The position numbers and the translations under genes were made by a program. This document shows, one piece after another, positions 1 through 17,720 of a stretch of 64,000 nucleotides of DNA (its first letter is position 1; every line of letters starts with the position of its first letter). The notes beneath the pieces are model-generated. The model was not told the DNA's origin. It ran no database searches and saw only the letters and a list, made by a program, of their open reading frames with translations. The DNA comes from the human T2T-CHM13v2.0 reference genome, Homo sapiens. The stretch lies in assembly GCF_009914755.1 (NCBI RefSeq), contig NC_060936.1; one strand, given 5' to 3'.

Positions 1-50
1 AGCCTGGGCAACAAGAGCGAAAGTCCGTCTCAAAAACAAACAAACAAAAC
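1..50 (+). mobile_element. Alu 3' end
   Basis: Alu terminus and A-rich tail. Confidence 0.85.
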
Positions 51-1148
51 AGTAGGAGGCAGCTTTGGGGGCTAGGTCTGTCTCAAATGCAGTAACATCC
101 AAATGGCACCTTGACTTAAATTTTAGGAGCTGAGAGGATCTCTGTATCCATGGACGGGCCTCCAGGGGTCCTTGATGCTCATGAAGACACAGGTGACACT
201 TTGCCTGTATGTGCGTATCTTCCATAAGAGCAGGTCTACATGGCCCTTAGTAAGCTTAGGCGTCGCAGCTGATTAGGAGAGAACTACCTCCTTTGTCCTT
301 CAGTTTCTGTCTTCCCAGAACATTGCTAATTCCCTCTTCCTATTCCACCTTTGGTTTGGATTCATAGAGAATTAAACTGGAATCTATTATTCATTGGAGT
401 AAAAAGAGCTGCCAGGTGGATTAATCACATTGATAAGAGCAGTTGGTTGGTTGGAGGTGGTTTCTAGCATCATTAACCTTGACTGCTCCTGGAATAATGG
501 GTGGATGGAGATGCATTTGTTTCGTCCACTCTCTGGAAATGTGCATCATAACAGTGCGTGGGGCACTGAGCTGTGTCTGGAGACACTGTGTATTGAGCAT
601 TTACCGAAACCACAGGGAAGGTTACACTGGGAAAGTTATGACCTCATCTTATTCCAGCAATGCAGCCACTCCAGTCTGAAAAAAGGCACGAGCTGTTGAG
701 AATCAACAGCAGAGGGATCTGCCTATGTGTCCCAGGGTACATAGGCAGGAACACGCCCCCCTTTGCATCTCCTTCAGACATTTCCTAGGATTGCTGTCAG
801 GCTATGAAACTGCTGGGAAACAGCAAACTGAGGATTTCCAATTTGTCTTCCTGGGGACTAGACAGGAATGAGGCTGAAGAAGGAGAAATGGGGCTGGATT
901 GTGAAGGGCTTTGAGAATTAGGTATATAAGCTTGGATTTAATTCTACACTGTGGCATTCCATGGAATGGTCAGTCCAGGGCAGCGGGCCAGAGGTCTTCC
1001 CTAGAAAAAGTGAAAGCAGAAATTTCCAGCCTCTAGATCTGAATCTTCTGCTGGGTTGTAAACTCTTAATAATCAGTCCTACCCCTTAGCAAGCTTTAAA
1101 TATGAATCTGTACCAGACTGAATGTTTGCATTTAAAAATTTGACTTTT

Positions 1149-1425
1149 GCCTGTAATTCCAGTGTTTTGGGAGCCCAAGGCAGGAGGATCACTTGAGGCC
1201 AGGAGTTCAAGACCAGCCTGAGCCAAATAGCAAGACTCTGTCTCTAAAAAAAAATAAAAATTTTTTTTTAATTAGCCAGGTATAGTGACACCTGCCTGTG
1301 GTGCTAGCTACTTAGGATGCTGAGGCAGGAGGATCACTTGAGCCCAGGAGTTCAAGGTTACAGTGAGCTATGATCACACTACTGTACTCCAGCCTAGGGA
1401 ACAGAAAAAAAAATTAAAATAAAAA
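1149..1425 (+). mobile_element. AluJ
   Basis: Alu consensus match. Confidence 0.9.
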
Positions 1426-1952
1426 ATTTGATTTAATCTTTAACAACCCCATTTTCAAATGAAGACACTGAGACTTAAAACACAGCCCCTTGAGGTTTCT
1501 TAACCTCTCTGTGCTTTAGTTCTTAACAGCATTTTATGTACTTTAATTCTTACAACTCTATAAGGTAGATACTAAGATATACCCATTTTACAGATGAGGA
1601 AAGGGAAACTGAAAGAGTTTAAATAACTTGCCTGGAGTTGGACAGCTCCCACACAGGATTTGACCAGGGATTTGAATGTGTGCCATGCTGCTCTGGAGTC
1701 TGCTGCGAACCATGGTGTTCTCTTGCCTTTCTAGATAGTTTTTCAAGCAGATGTCCACCATTCTGCCACCTTCTCCGTGACCACCGCTTGGGTATCAGTG
1801 GAATAGAAAGGTGCCAATGCCCTTCCTTTCACCTTCAGCACCACTTCCTTCAAAATGTTGACAAAGTGAAAAGCTGCCAGTCATCAGGGTACATTCTGGA
1901 AGGTTCTGCCACATGCACCTTTGATATCACATATCTCTTGCTTTGTCTTCAG

Positions 1953-2053
1953 GAGAAGAGGTCAGTGCTGGTCATCTTGTGGATCCTGGCCTTTCTGGCG
2001 GGGAACACCCTCTATGTGCTTTATACATTCAGCTCCCAGCAGCTGTACAACAG
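1953..2053 (+). CDS. RNFT2: RNFT2 internal coding exon (101 nt, phase 0 to 2), EKRSVLVILWILAFLAGNTLYVLYTFSSQQLYN
   Basis: Pyrimidine tract and AG at 1951-1952; AG|GTGAGC donor at 2054; hydrophobic TM-like peptide recognised as RNFT2; joins next exon in frame (AG+C = Ser). Confidence 0.93.
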
Positions 2054-2342
2054 GTGAGCATGGGAATCCAACCCCCACGGTGGGAGAGTGGGGCACTTGG
2101 CTGGGCTTGGGGCACGTACCCTTTCACTTGAGAATGAGGCACAAGCTCTATGTCATGTTGTAACTTCCAAATTCCACCCTGCTGTTACTACTTATATATA
2201 TCTAGACCAGCACTCAATAGTAGAATTTCAAGGCAAGCCACATAGGTAAATTAACATCTTCTAGTTACTGAAAACTAAACAGAAACAGGTGGAATCAATT
2301 ATAATAATTGATTTTATTTAACCCAGTATATCAAAAATATTT

Positions 2343-3013
<671 letters not shown>

Positions 3014-3186
3014 GTTTTACATTCTTTTTTCACGTTAACTCTTTGTAATCTGGTATCTTACATATACAGCTCATGTCAGTTCCAACTAACCACATTTCAA
3101 GTGTTCAAAATGGTTAGTGAACACTGTATGAATAGTGCAGGTCTGGAATATTTCTGGAAGGACAACCAAGAAACTAGAAATAATAA

Positions 3187-3540
<354 letters not shown>

Positions 3541-3759
3541 AGTTTGGCCTTTTATATTACAGTCATGTGTCACGTAATGATGTTTCTGTCAACGATGGAC
3601 CATATAGACAACAGTGGTCCCATAAGGTTATAATGGAGCTAGAAAATTCTATTACCTAGTGATATTGCAGCCATCATAACGCTGTAGCACAGTGCCTTAC
3701 TCATGTATTTGTGGTGATGCTGGGGTAAACCTATTGTCCTGCCAGTCATATAAAAGTAG

Positions 3760-4179
<420 letters not shown>

Positions 4180-4216
4180 TAGAGTATACTTTTTCTACTT
4201 GTAAAAAATAAAAGTT

Positions 4217-4491
4217 GGCCGGGCGCAGTGGCTCACACCTGTAATCCCAGCACTTTGGGAGGCCAAGGTGGGCAGATCACGAGGTCAGGAGTTCAAGACC
4301 ACCCTGGCCAAGATAGTGAAACCCCTGTCTCTACTAAAAATACAAAAATTAGCTGGGCGTGGTAGCAGGTGCCTGTAATTCCAGCTACTTGGGAGGCTGA
4401 GCCAGAGAATTGCTTGGACCCGGGAGGCAGAGGTTGCAGTGAGCCGTGATCACGCCACTGCACTCCAGACAGAGTGAGACTCCGTCTCAAA
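4217..4491 (+). mobile_element. AluS, almost tailless
   Basis: Alu match; TSD AAAGTT. Confidence 0.9.
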
Positions 4492-4875
4492 GTTAACTGT
4501 AAGGCAGCCTTAGGCAGTGCCTTTCAGAAGAAGACATTGCTGTCGTAGGAGATTACAGCTCCATGGGTGTTATTGCCCCTGAAGATCTTCCAGTGGGACA
4601 AGATGTGGAGGTGGAAGACAGTGATATTGATGATTCTGACCCCACGTAGGGTGAGGCTAAGGTGTACGTTTATGTCTTAAGTTGTAACAAAAAATTTTAA
4701 AAATAGGAAAAACCTTATAGAATAAGGATATAAAGAAAATATTTCTGTACAGCTGTACAATCTGTATTAAGCTAAGTGTTATTATAAAATAGTCAAAAAA
4801 TAAAAACTAAGTGTACCAAGTAAAAATGTTACAGTAAGCTAAGGTCAATTTATGATTGAAGAAATAAACATTTTA

Positions 4876-5241
<366 letters not shown>

Positions 5242-5699
5242 TCATGTCCTAGGCCTTCACATTCATTCACCACTCTCTCATTGACTCACCCAGAGCAACT
5301 CCCAGTCCTGCAAGCTCCAGTGATAGTAAGTGTCCTATATGGGTGTATCTTTTTTCATCCTTTATACAGTGTTTTTACTGTGCCCTTTCTGTTTAGATAT
5401 ACAGATACCATTGTGTTATAATTGTCTATAGTATTCAGTACAGTAACAAGCTATGTAGGTTTGTAATCTAAGAGTAATAGGCTATATCATATAGCCTAGA
5501 TGTGTAGTAGGCTATGCTAACTAGTTTTGTGTAAGTCAACTCTGTGGTGTTCACACAAGGACCAGGTCACCTAAGGATGTGTTTCTCAGAACATGTCCCA
5601 GTCATTAAGCGATGTATGACTGTATTTGATTTTTCCCCCATCTGATGAATGTAACAGCTTTTAAAAGTTATTTTAAGTATGTATGTCTTTTTTCTTTGT

Positions 5700-5992
5700 T
5701 TTTTCATTTTTTTTTTAAACAACATCTTGCTCTGTCACCCAGGCTGGAGTGCAGTGGTGTGATCACACTCACTGAAACCTTGACCTCCCAGCCTCAAGCA
5801 ATCTTCCCACCTCAGACTCCCAAGTAGCTGGGACTTCAGGCGCATGTTACCATGCTCAGCTAAATTTTTTTATTTTTAGTAGAGATGAGGTTTCTCCATG
5901 TTGCCCAGGCTGGTCTTGAACTCCTTGCCTCAAGTGATCCACCCACCTCAGCCTCCCAAATGGCTCACAGGTGTGAGCCATTGTGACCAGCT
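5700..5992 (-). mobile_element. AluJ
   Basis: Alu consensus match. Confidence 0.85.
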
Positions 5993-6070
5993 TTTTCTTT
6001 TTTCATTCATTCATTCTTTCATTCATTTATGCCTGTACTTTTTAAAAGTCCTTAAAGATACTCACTAAAA

Positions 6071-6270
6071 CAGAGGTTGGCAGACTACAGCCATTCACCC
6101 ATTTTTATTAGTAACATTTTGCTGAAACACAGCTACACCCATCCATTTACGTATCATTTATGAGTTCATCTGTGCTCCAACAAAGTTGAATGGTTATGGC
6201 AGAGACCATATAGCTTACAAAGCCAAAAATATTTGCTCTCTGTTTTTAAAGGAAAAGGTTGCTGACTCCT
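6071..6270 (+). mobile_element. MER58A-like hAT element
   Basis: CAGAGGTTGGCAGACTAC...GGTTGCTGACTCCTG termini. Confidence 0.7.
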
Positions 6271-6317
6271 GACCTAAAATATTAACAGTGGTCCTCTAGA
6301 CGTTAAACATGTGGATA

Positions 6318-6641
<324 letters not shown>

Positions 6642-7232
6642 TGAGCAATTTTATTTTTTTCTTTAGAATTATCTGTATTTTATAATTTTTTTGTAATGGA
6701 CACTTTTTTTTACATAGTAATAGCAGTGCTTTTTAAATAATGTTAAGTGATAAAAATGTCTACCCCATCTGGGTTGAGCTGTGCAGAGACAAGGTAACAG
6801 GGCTTCTTGCTCCTACACCCCAAATACATGTCCCATGATGTGGGCACCCTCTTCTGTGACATTGACTCAGAGTTCTACGCAATGTGGTGGGGCAAGTGGG
6901 GAGGCAAAGCACAGGAAATTGAATGGATTACTTAGCCCCGACTTATCATCAGCTTCCTTAAAATATCCCTGTCACCCTGGCAGCCATGCACCTGGAAATT
7001 CTTTTGAAACGAGACGCTTCCTCCACAAATCTGCCAACGTAAATGAAGCAGGCAGAATCTCACTCACTCCCATGAACATCTCGAACGGTCAACAGTTTCC
7101 CTCCTGAGTTCCTTCAGGGCTGCTTGCCAGCCTCCGATGTTTTTTAGTGAGTTTGTTTCCCCTGGTGCCTATACAATGCTGTCCCATAGTTGCTGCCCCA
7201 TCAGTATTTGTCAAATAAATGAGTATCTCAGA

Positions 7233-7742
<510 letters not shown>

Positions 7743-7882
7743 AAAAGTAATTTATTTTTAATTGTGAAAATTGGAAAACCCATTTAAAAAGGACCAAAAA
7801 CACCTCCAATTCTGTCACCTAACAGCAACTCTGCTAACATTTTTCTCTACATATTTATACATATTTGTTGTGGAAGTTGTAG

Positions 7883-8603
<721 letters not shown>

Positions 8604-9004
8604 TGATGTTCAGTTCTTGGCATGACTTAGCCGTTCACTGGCAGTCTCTGTTTCTCCTTTAAAATTAAAGACAGAGCGCTTCTGGTTGGCTTTTCATGGG
8701 CCAGAGGGGCTGGGTCGCAGAGTCCAGTGGGGATGTGGATGCTTTCCCTGAGGATGGCAGTGGTGAGCACATCTCAGAATAGTCACAGGCTCAGCAGAGG
8801 CCCTAAATGCAACTACTTGGAAGAATCTGTAGAGGGTGTAAGGGTGATGGGAATCACATCTCTACATCAGATACAAAATTGTGTAAGTCCCAGACTTAGA
8901 GATTTCACAAACCAGTAAATTGACCCACAACAAAGTCCAGGGGTTTACCATGTAGATATCTGCTTGCTTTTTGCAACTGAAAACATATTTTTAAAATGAT
9001 CATC

Positions 9005-9470
9005 ATGCAATAGCCAAAAGGTAGAAGCAACCCAGTGTCTATTGACAGATGAATGGATAAACACCCTGCGGTATGTACATACAGTGGAATATTATTCAGC
9101 CTTAAATAGAAAGGAAATTCTGACACATGCTGCAACATGGATGAAACTTGAGGACATTTTGTGAATTGAAATAAGCCAGATAAAAAAGGACATTAAGTGT
9201 ATGATTTCACTTACATGAAGTACCTAAAGTAGTCAAATTTATAGACAGAAAGAATGGCGGTTGCCAGGGACTGGGGGGAGAAGGGAATGTGGAGTTACTG
9301 CTAATGGGTACAGAGTCTCAGCTTTGCAAGATGAAAAGAGGTCTGTGGTTGGATAGTGGTGATGATTATGCAACAATGTGAATGTACTTAGCATCATTGA
9401 ACTGTGCACGTAAAAATGGTTAAGACGGTACCTTTTATGTTATGTGTGTTTTACCACAATTAGAAAAAAA
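9005..9470 (+). mobile_element. 5'-truncated L1MB-type LINE-1 3' end
   Basis: L1 3' UTR motifs, A tail, TSD-like AAAA(T/A)GATCATC on both sides, TT|AAAA site at 8991. Confidence 0.85.
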
Positions 9471-10071
9471 GATCATCTACCACTGACATCATTTCATAAA
9501 AGAATGGTTATTTTAACACCAAAGAATTAAGTAGGAAAGAAAAATAATCCTGTAAGCAGAATACATTTAGCTTCATTTAAAAAAAAGTATTTAGAGATCA
9601 CTGCATAAGCGAATGCTAATCAGAACGTGATTGCTGTTTGTGGAAACTATCAGAGCTGTCAGAATTGAGGGAAGATTCTTTTGTGGATGGTTGGGGGTAG
9701 GGTTGGCCAGAGGACCTCTAGGACAGGGATGAAACTCAAGTCAGCCTTTCAGATCACATCCATCTGTTTTGAAAATGAACTTTAAGGACTGAGTGGTTTT
9801 GCCATCTTCTGAGGCTACCCATAAAAGCAATTTGAGGACTCAGTTCTGAGGCGTCAACACAGATCTCATACGCCACATTCAGTGCATGGTCTAGAATGTC
9901 AAGGTCCGGGTGGAGGGTGGAGGGTGGAGGGGATGGAGGGTGGAGGAGGTGGAGTTTCCCAGAACCTTGGATGAATTTCCAGCTCATGCCATTTTCTGGG
10001 TATGATGATATTCCCAGTCTCAGACCTCTGTGCCCCCATCAAAGCAGGCTGAGTCAAACTGGTGCACAGAA

Positions 10072-10096
10072 AGAGAGAGAGAGAGAGAGAGAGAGA
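10072..10096 (+). repeat. (GA)n microsatellite
   Basis: Directly visible. Confidence 0.9.
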
Positions 10097-10116
10097 AGCT
10101 TAAGAGAGGAGCAACA

Positions 10117-10470
<354 letters not shown>

Positions 10471-10888
10471 CTAGACGGTGCTTGTATGTGACACCAACAA
10501 CCATTATCTTGGCCTCCTGGGGACCCATTTCACAGGTGAGGACACTGAGACTTCATGAAGCCCTTGCTAAGGAGTCTTAGCCTTGGAGGCGACACTTACC
10601 ACTGAGCTTGAATCTTCTCAGGATTTGATGTCTGATGACCAACATCAGAGCCTTAATTCTACCACTTCCCAGCTTTGTGCCCTTGGGCAAGTCATGTCAC
10701 CTCTCTGAGCCTTCCCTAGTTTCCTGATTTGCAAAATTGGAACCAAGTCCACATTCTTCCCTTATCTGCCTGCAGGCTAGTTAGGAAGGCCACATGTCAT
10801 AAGACTCATTAAAGTACTGGGTAAACAATAAAACATTGGACATATATCACAATTAATATGATTCTTTTACGATTAAATATCATAATTA

Positions 10889-11185
<297 letters not shown>

Positions 11186-11412
11186 TCGTAATTATTGGTG
11201 GAGGTGCCTAAGGAGGAGCAAAACTGACAATAAAATATATCAGTCCATTAAAGTTTGTAGAGTAATTTAGAAATGATTGGACTTGATGATGAATCCATAG
11301 AAAAACACTTTGGCACCCACCCCCCAACCAAAAGCAAAAACAAACAAACAAAAAAACTCACTAAGATGATAGAATAAAACCCAGATAGATGGATTGAACA
11401 CCAACTTGTGTC

Positions 11413-11476
11413 CAAGATAAAATGGAAAGGATAAGGCAGATCTTCAAGATAAAATGGAAAGGATAAGTCAGATCTT
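11413..11476 (+). repeat. 32-bp tandem duplication
   Basis: Two copies, 1 mismatch. Confidence 0.9.
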
Positions 11477-12015
11477 CATTTGATCATGATCATGGAAGCA
11501 CTGGAGATTTGGCAGAGTGTGGAAATCCACCAACCAGCCTGGGATATCCCAGGAAGGGCAAGAGCAGAGCTAAAGACGGGAGCTCAGGGCCGCAAACCTC
11601 TCCCTGTATTATGACCTGGATGACCACTCCAACTTGCAGGTGAGGAATTCCATGGAGACAGGGCAGGGATGTGGGAGGGTCACTGAAGGTGTTGTGAGTG
11701 ACTTGTCAGTAATTTTGCCCTACTCAAAATAACCCAGACCAATCCGTTCTTAGGATGCTAGAATAGAGGCCTCATTTTGCACCTTTTTCTGCCAGCCCAG
11801 CTGAGTATTTCCAAAGCATATAGAAAGCATCCATTCTATGCTGAGTGTACTTCTCCCTGCTTTGGAGGAGACAGATGGGATTCAGTCTGGCCCTTGCCCA
11901 GAGCCTGTAATCCAGTGGGAAGAAAGGAGAGGGACCAGCATGGGTTGAGTACTGGTTCCAATCTAAGCTCCACATTCAACCCGAGATGCTGCAGGAAGGT
12001 GACTCCACCTCTTAG

Positions 12016-12378
<363 letters not shown>

Positions 12379-13331
12379 TAGAGTCTTTGGGAAGACAACA
12401 TGAGTTAAGACATATAAAATATACAGAGCAGGGCCTGCGTGACATCTAAAGCCAGGATATTTTAGCCACTATTACAAAGAACATCCCCCTCTTGGGGGAT
12501 GTTGGAGAGCAGTGCCACTCAAAGTGTTGTCTCTTCACCAGTGCCAGTTTGAGAGCCACCTGTTGTCTGTCTCCAGTGAGTTAAGTACAGAAACTGAACA
12601 TGAGGTTTCACATATCTGGTCATGGATAGGTTTACACTACTCAGCTGTAGAGTATGGATGGAGAACTGTAACTGCAGCCAGGATGTCTGGGTTCCAGGCC
12701 ACCTCTGTCCCTTAATATTTTTAGGACCTTCCACATATTTGCCTTTCTGTGCCTCAGTTTCCTCATCTGCAAAATGGGGTGGATAAAAGTACCTGCCTCA
12801 TAATGTTAGTGTCATCATCACTGCTGCACCGCAGGGTCTGTAATCTGTCCATTATCTCATCAAATCCTGCCAATAACACCATGAGGAAGGGAACAATTCC
12901 CATTTTATTCATGAGAACCCTGAGGCTTCCAGAGATAACTTTATTTGCCCAGAGTCCAATAAATGGAGAAGCCTGGATTCAAGTTCAAGTCTGTCCGATA
13001 CCAACGCCTTTATGCTTATGTAGTGTGACTTTGGGCAGCTGACCACCTCTCCAAGCCTCAGTGCCTTATTTATAAACTGGAGATAAGCAACACTCACTGC
13101 ACAGGACAGTCGTGAGGATTAGTGAGACACAGTGAGCAAAGAGCTTAGCACAGTTCCCGGCACATCAGCTTCCCCCGCTCCTTCATAGTATTGGCCTGCC
13201 TTCCTAATTTCCTTCCTCCCTGCCTTTCCTCCCTCTCTTCCTCCCCCTTTCTTTTCTTCCCTCCTTTCTTCCTTCCTTCCTTTTGCCTCCTCTCGTAAAG
13301 CCTGTTGTGGACCCACAAAACTAGAGGGGAC

Positions 13332-14073
<742 letters not shown>

Positions 14074-14324
14074 AGGACCTTAATGAAACTCCAGGCCAAT
14101 ATGGCCATTTAACTCTCAAGGGAACTAAGACTCAGAGAGGTTAAAAGATCCACGTGAGGTCACACAGCAGGTTAGTAGCAGATTCAGGAAAAGGACACAG
14201 ACGTCTGACTCCCAGTTCAGCGCTCTTTCTACAGGTGATACTTAGAAGGCTCCTGAGTGAGTAGAAGGAGCTGCTGAGGCCTGGCCCTAAGGGAACCTTC
14301 TGACTCTCTCAATCCTCCCCCCAG

Positions 14325-14478
14325 CCTCATATTCCTGAAGCCCAACCTGGAGATGCTGGACTTCTTTGACCTGCTATGGATTGTGGGGATCGCAGACTTT
14401 GTTCTGAAGTACATCACCATCGCCCTCAAGTGCCTCATCGTGGCCCTGCCCAAGATCATCCTGGCCGTCAAGTCCAAG
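14325..14478 (+). CDS. RNFT2: RNFT2 internal coding exon (154 nt, phase 2 to 0), (S)LIFLKPNLEMLDFFDLLWIVGIADFVLKYITIALKCLIVALPKIILAVKSK
   Basis: Branch-like CTGAC at 14300-14304, C-rich tract, CAG at 14322-14324; AAG|GTAGGC donor at 14479; GC3-rich codons; RNFT1/2 family peptide. Confidence 0.95.
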
Positions 14479-15363
14479 GTAGGCACTGGCTGCGGCCACA
14501 AGGTAGCCCCAGTCACATGGATCATGCAGAGGATTCAGGGTGCCTTCTGAGGAGGAAAGAATGGATGAGGGTGGACTGATGTCAGCATATAAAATAAACA
14601 GAGCCTGAGCTCATAGCTCCTGTCACCCACCTCTTCTAATTCCACAAAGCTGAGCATGGCTCTTTGTCATCACCACTTTGTCACACCTCTACTTTCCAAG
14701 TGCATTTCCTAAGTTAGGTTGTTCACAGCTACCCTTGATGCAATTTTCATCCACATTTCACCTGAGAGAGGAAAAAAAAGCATGTTAGCATGCCCCGGGA
14801 CCTGCTTCTCCCAGGGAAGGAGAGCCCTAATAGGTTTTGACTCTTCGTGGCTTCCAGGAGTTCATTTTATAGAGGGGACTGAGGCTCAGAAGGAAAGAGC
14901 TCCATGATTGATTAGTGATGTCTGCCACAGACCCTGCAGTGGGGAGTGAGGGCAATGATGCTTTGCAGTGTATCATAGAGAAAGGCCTCCAGGCAGGTGT
15001 TGGAATGAAGAGGCCTTGGGGAATAGACATTGGAGTTCAGAGGACTGAGCAGGGCTCAGACAAGGTATCACCTGTAGGACATAGTGATTGCCAGTGGCTC
15101 TGTAAGGTGACCCAAAGGGAATCTGGACCGAAGCAGGTGGACTAAAGAGTGTTTGAAGTCTCCTGCTTTCCATTCTGTAAAAACAGCCATCTTTCAAGTT
15201 CAGAAAGCTGAGACATGTCCCAGGCATTGCTTGGCAGCAGAGCAGCTTGGAAGTGACCATCGATCTTGAGTGGTAACTAACCCAACCCATAACCCCAATC
15301 TTTGGGCCTGTTTTGGTCCTCTCACCTTTCATGTCCACTCCCTTTCTCCACTGTGTGACTTAA

Positions 15364-15696
15364 CATGGTGGTCCCCAACCTTTTTGGCACCAGGAACCGG
15401 TTTCATGGAAGACAGTTTTTCCACAGATCAGGGTGGGGATGGTTTCGGAATGAAACTGTTCCACTTCAGATCATCAGGCATTGGATTCTCATAAGGAGCA
15501 TACAACCTAGATCATCCCTCACATGTGCAGTTCACAATACGGTTCCCACTCCTAGGAGAATCTACTGCCGCAGCTGATCTGATGGGAGGCGGAGCTCAGG
15601 CAGTAATGCTTGCTCACCCACTGCTCACCTCCTGCTGTGCGACCTGGTTCCTAACAGGCCACAGTCTAGTACCAGTCTTCAGCCCCAGGACCCCTG
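15364..15696 (+). mobile_element. MER1B hAT element
   Basis: GGTCCCCAACCTTTTTGGCACCAGG...GGACCCCTG. Confidence 0.85.
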
Positions 15697-16924
15697 GTTT
15701 CTAGTTGAGCCAAAATCCTAGGCTGTTGAGGTTTTCTTAGATGAAGCCGCAGCTCTGGTACCCAAAGGCAGTGCCAGGAAACGCAAAATGGCATAAAGAC
15801 AAAAAAAAAAAAAAGAGATGTGGAGAAGAAAGGCCAGAGGGAAAACAACAGGCCTAGGGAAGTCCTAAGATGCCTCCCATTGACCCTCCCCAAGACCATG
15901 AATGACGAGGACCTTTTGCCCATTGAGCTCATGCAGGGTTCCAGGTCGGCACCACGCACTTGACACTGGAAAGCAGCATGGCCTGATGGCTATGCCCATG
16001 GACTTTGGCATCAGACACATCTATGTTCAGATCCCAGCCATACGCCTCTCCAGCTGTGTGACTTTGGGCAGGTGACAAAAACCTAGTTTCCTCATCTGTC
16101 AACTGAAAATAACAATAGCGCCTTCCTCCAAAGTACTCACTTTGTAAGAACTATTGGTTGTGGGAAATACAGAGTGCTTTGCTCCATGCTCTGCACATAG
16201 TAATTGCTCAATGAGTGATTCACAATACCTGTGTTGTCTAATCTTCATGACTGCCAGCTCTGCACTGACTAGCTGTGCAATCTTGGATGAATTACTTAGC
16301 CTCAGTGCCCTCATCTGTAAAATGGGGTAATAGTTTTCCAGCTAAATGACTTCCTCTGGCCCTTTCAGCTACACCCTCCATCTTTCTCACCCTGCTCTCT
16401 GCCCAGGGGGCTGACCTGCGCGAACTATATCAATGGGCTCCTGTGCCCATCAGCTTCCAGTTGGGTTCAGCTGATGGGAAGCCCAAGAGGAGAGAGAGGC
16501 AGAGGTATTTATTCCCCCAGCATGTTAGTCTCCTGTGGCTGCTGTGACAAATTGCTACAAACTTAGTGGTTTAAAGCAACATTAATTTATTATCTTATCG
16601 TTCTGGAGGTTAGGAGTCCAAAGTGGGTTTTACTGCGGTGAAAACAGAAGTTTTGGCAGGGCTGTGTTCTTCCTCCGTCTTCTGAGTCAGTGATGGCAGG
16701 TTGAGCGTTCTCTCCTCTCTCCCTCTCCCTCCCCCTACACCTCTGCCTTCATTGTCGCATCTCCTGATTCTCGCCCTCCTGCCTTCCTCTTATAAGGACC
16801 CTGTGATGACACTGGCCCCACCCGAATAATCTAGGCTCATCTCCCATCCTTAATCACATCAGCAAAGTCTCTTTTGCCACAGAAGGTAACATTCACAGGT
16901 TCCAGGCATTAAGGTGTGGACATC

Positions 16925-17364
<440 letters not shown>

Positions 17365-17380
17365 AATTAAAAAAAAATAG

Positions 17381-17720
<340 letters not shown>

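Noticed and set aside
1834-1850. REST/NRSE site (TTCAGCACCAC)
   Set aside because: Left half only; GGACAG right half absent
1638-2057. 139-aa ORF as a stand-alone gene
   Set aside because: Only 1953-2053 is bounded by splice sites and family-like; the rest is intronic read-through
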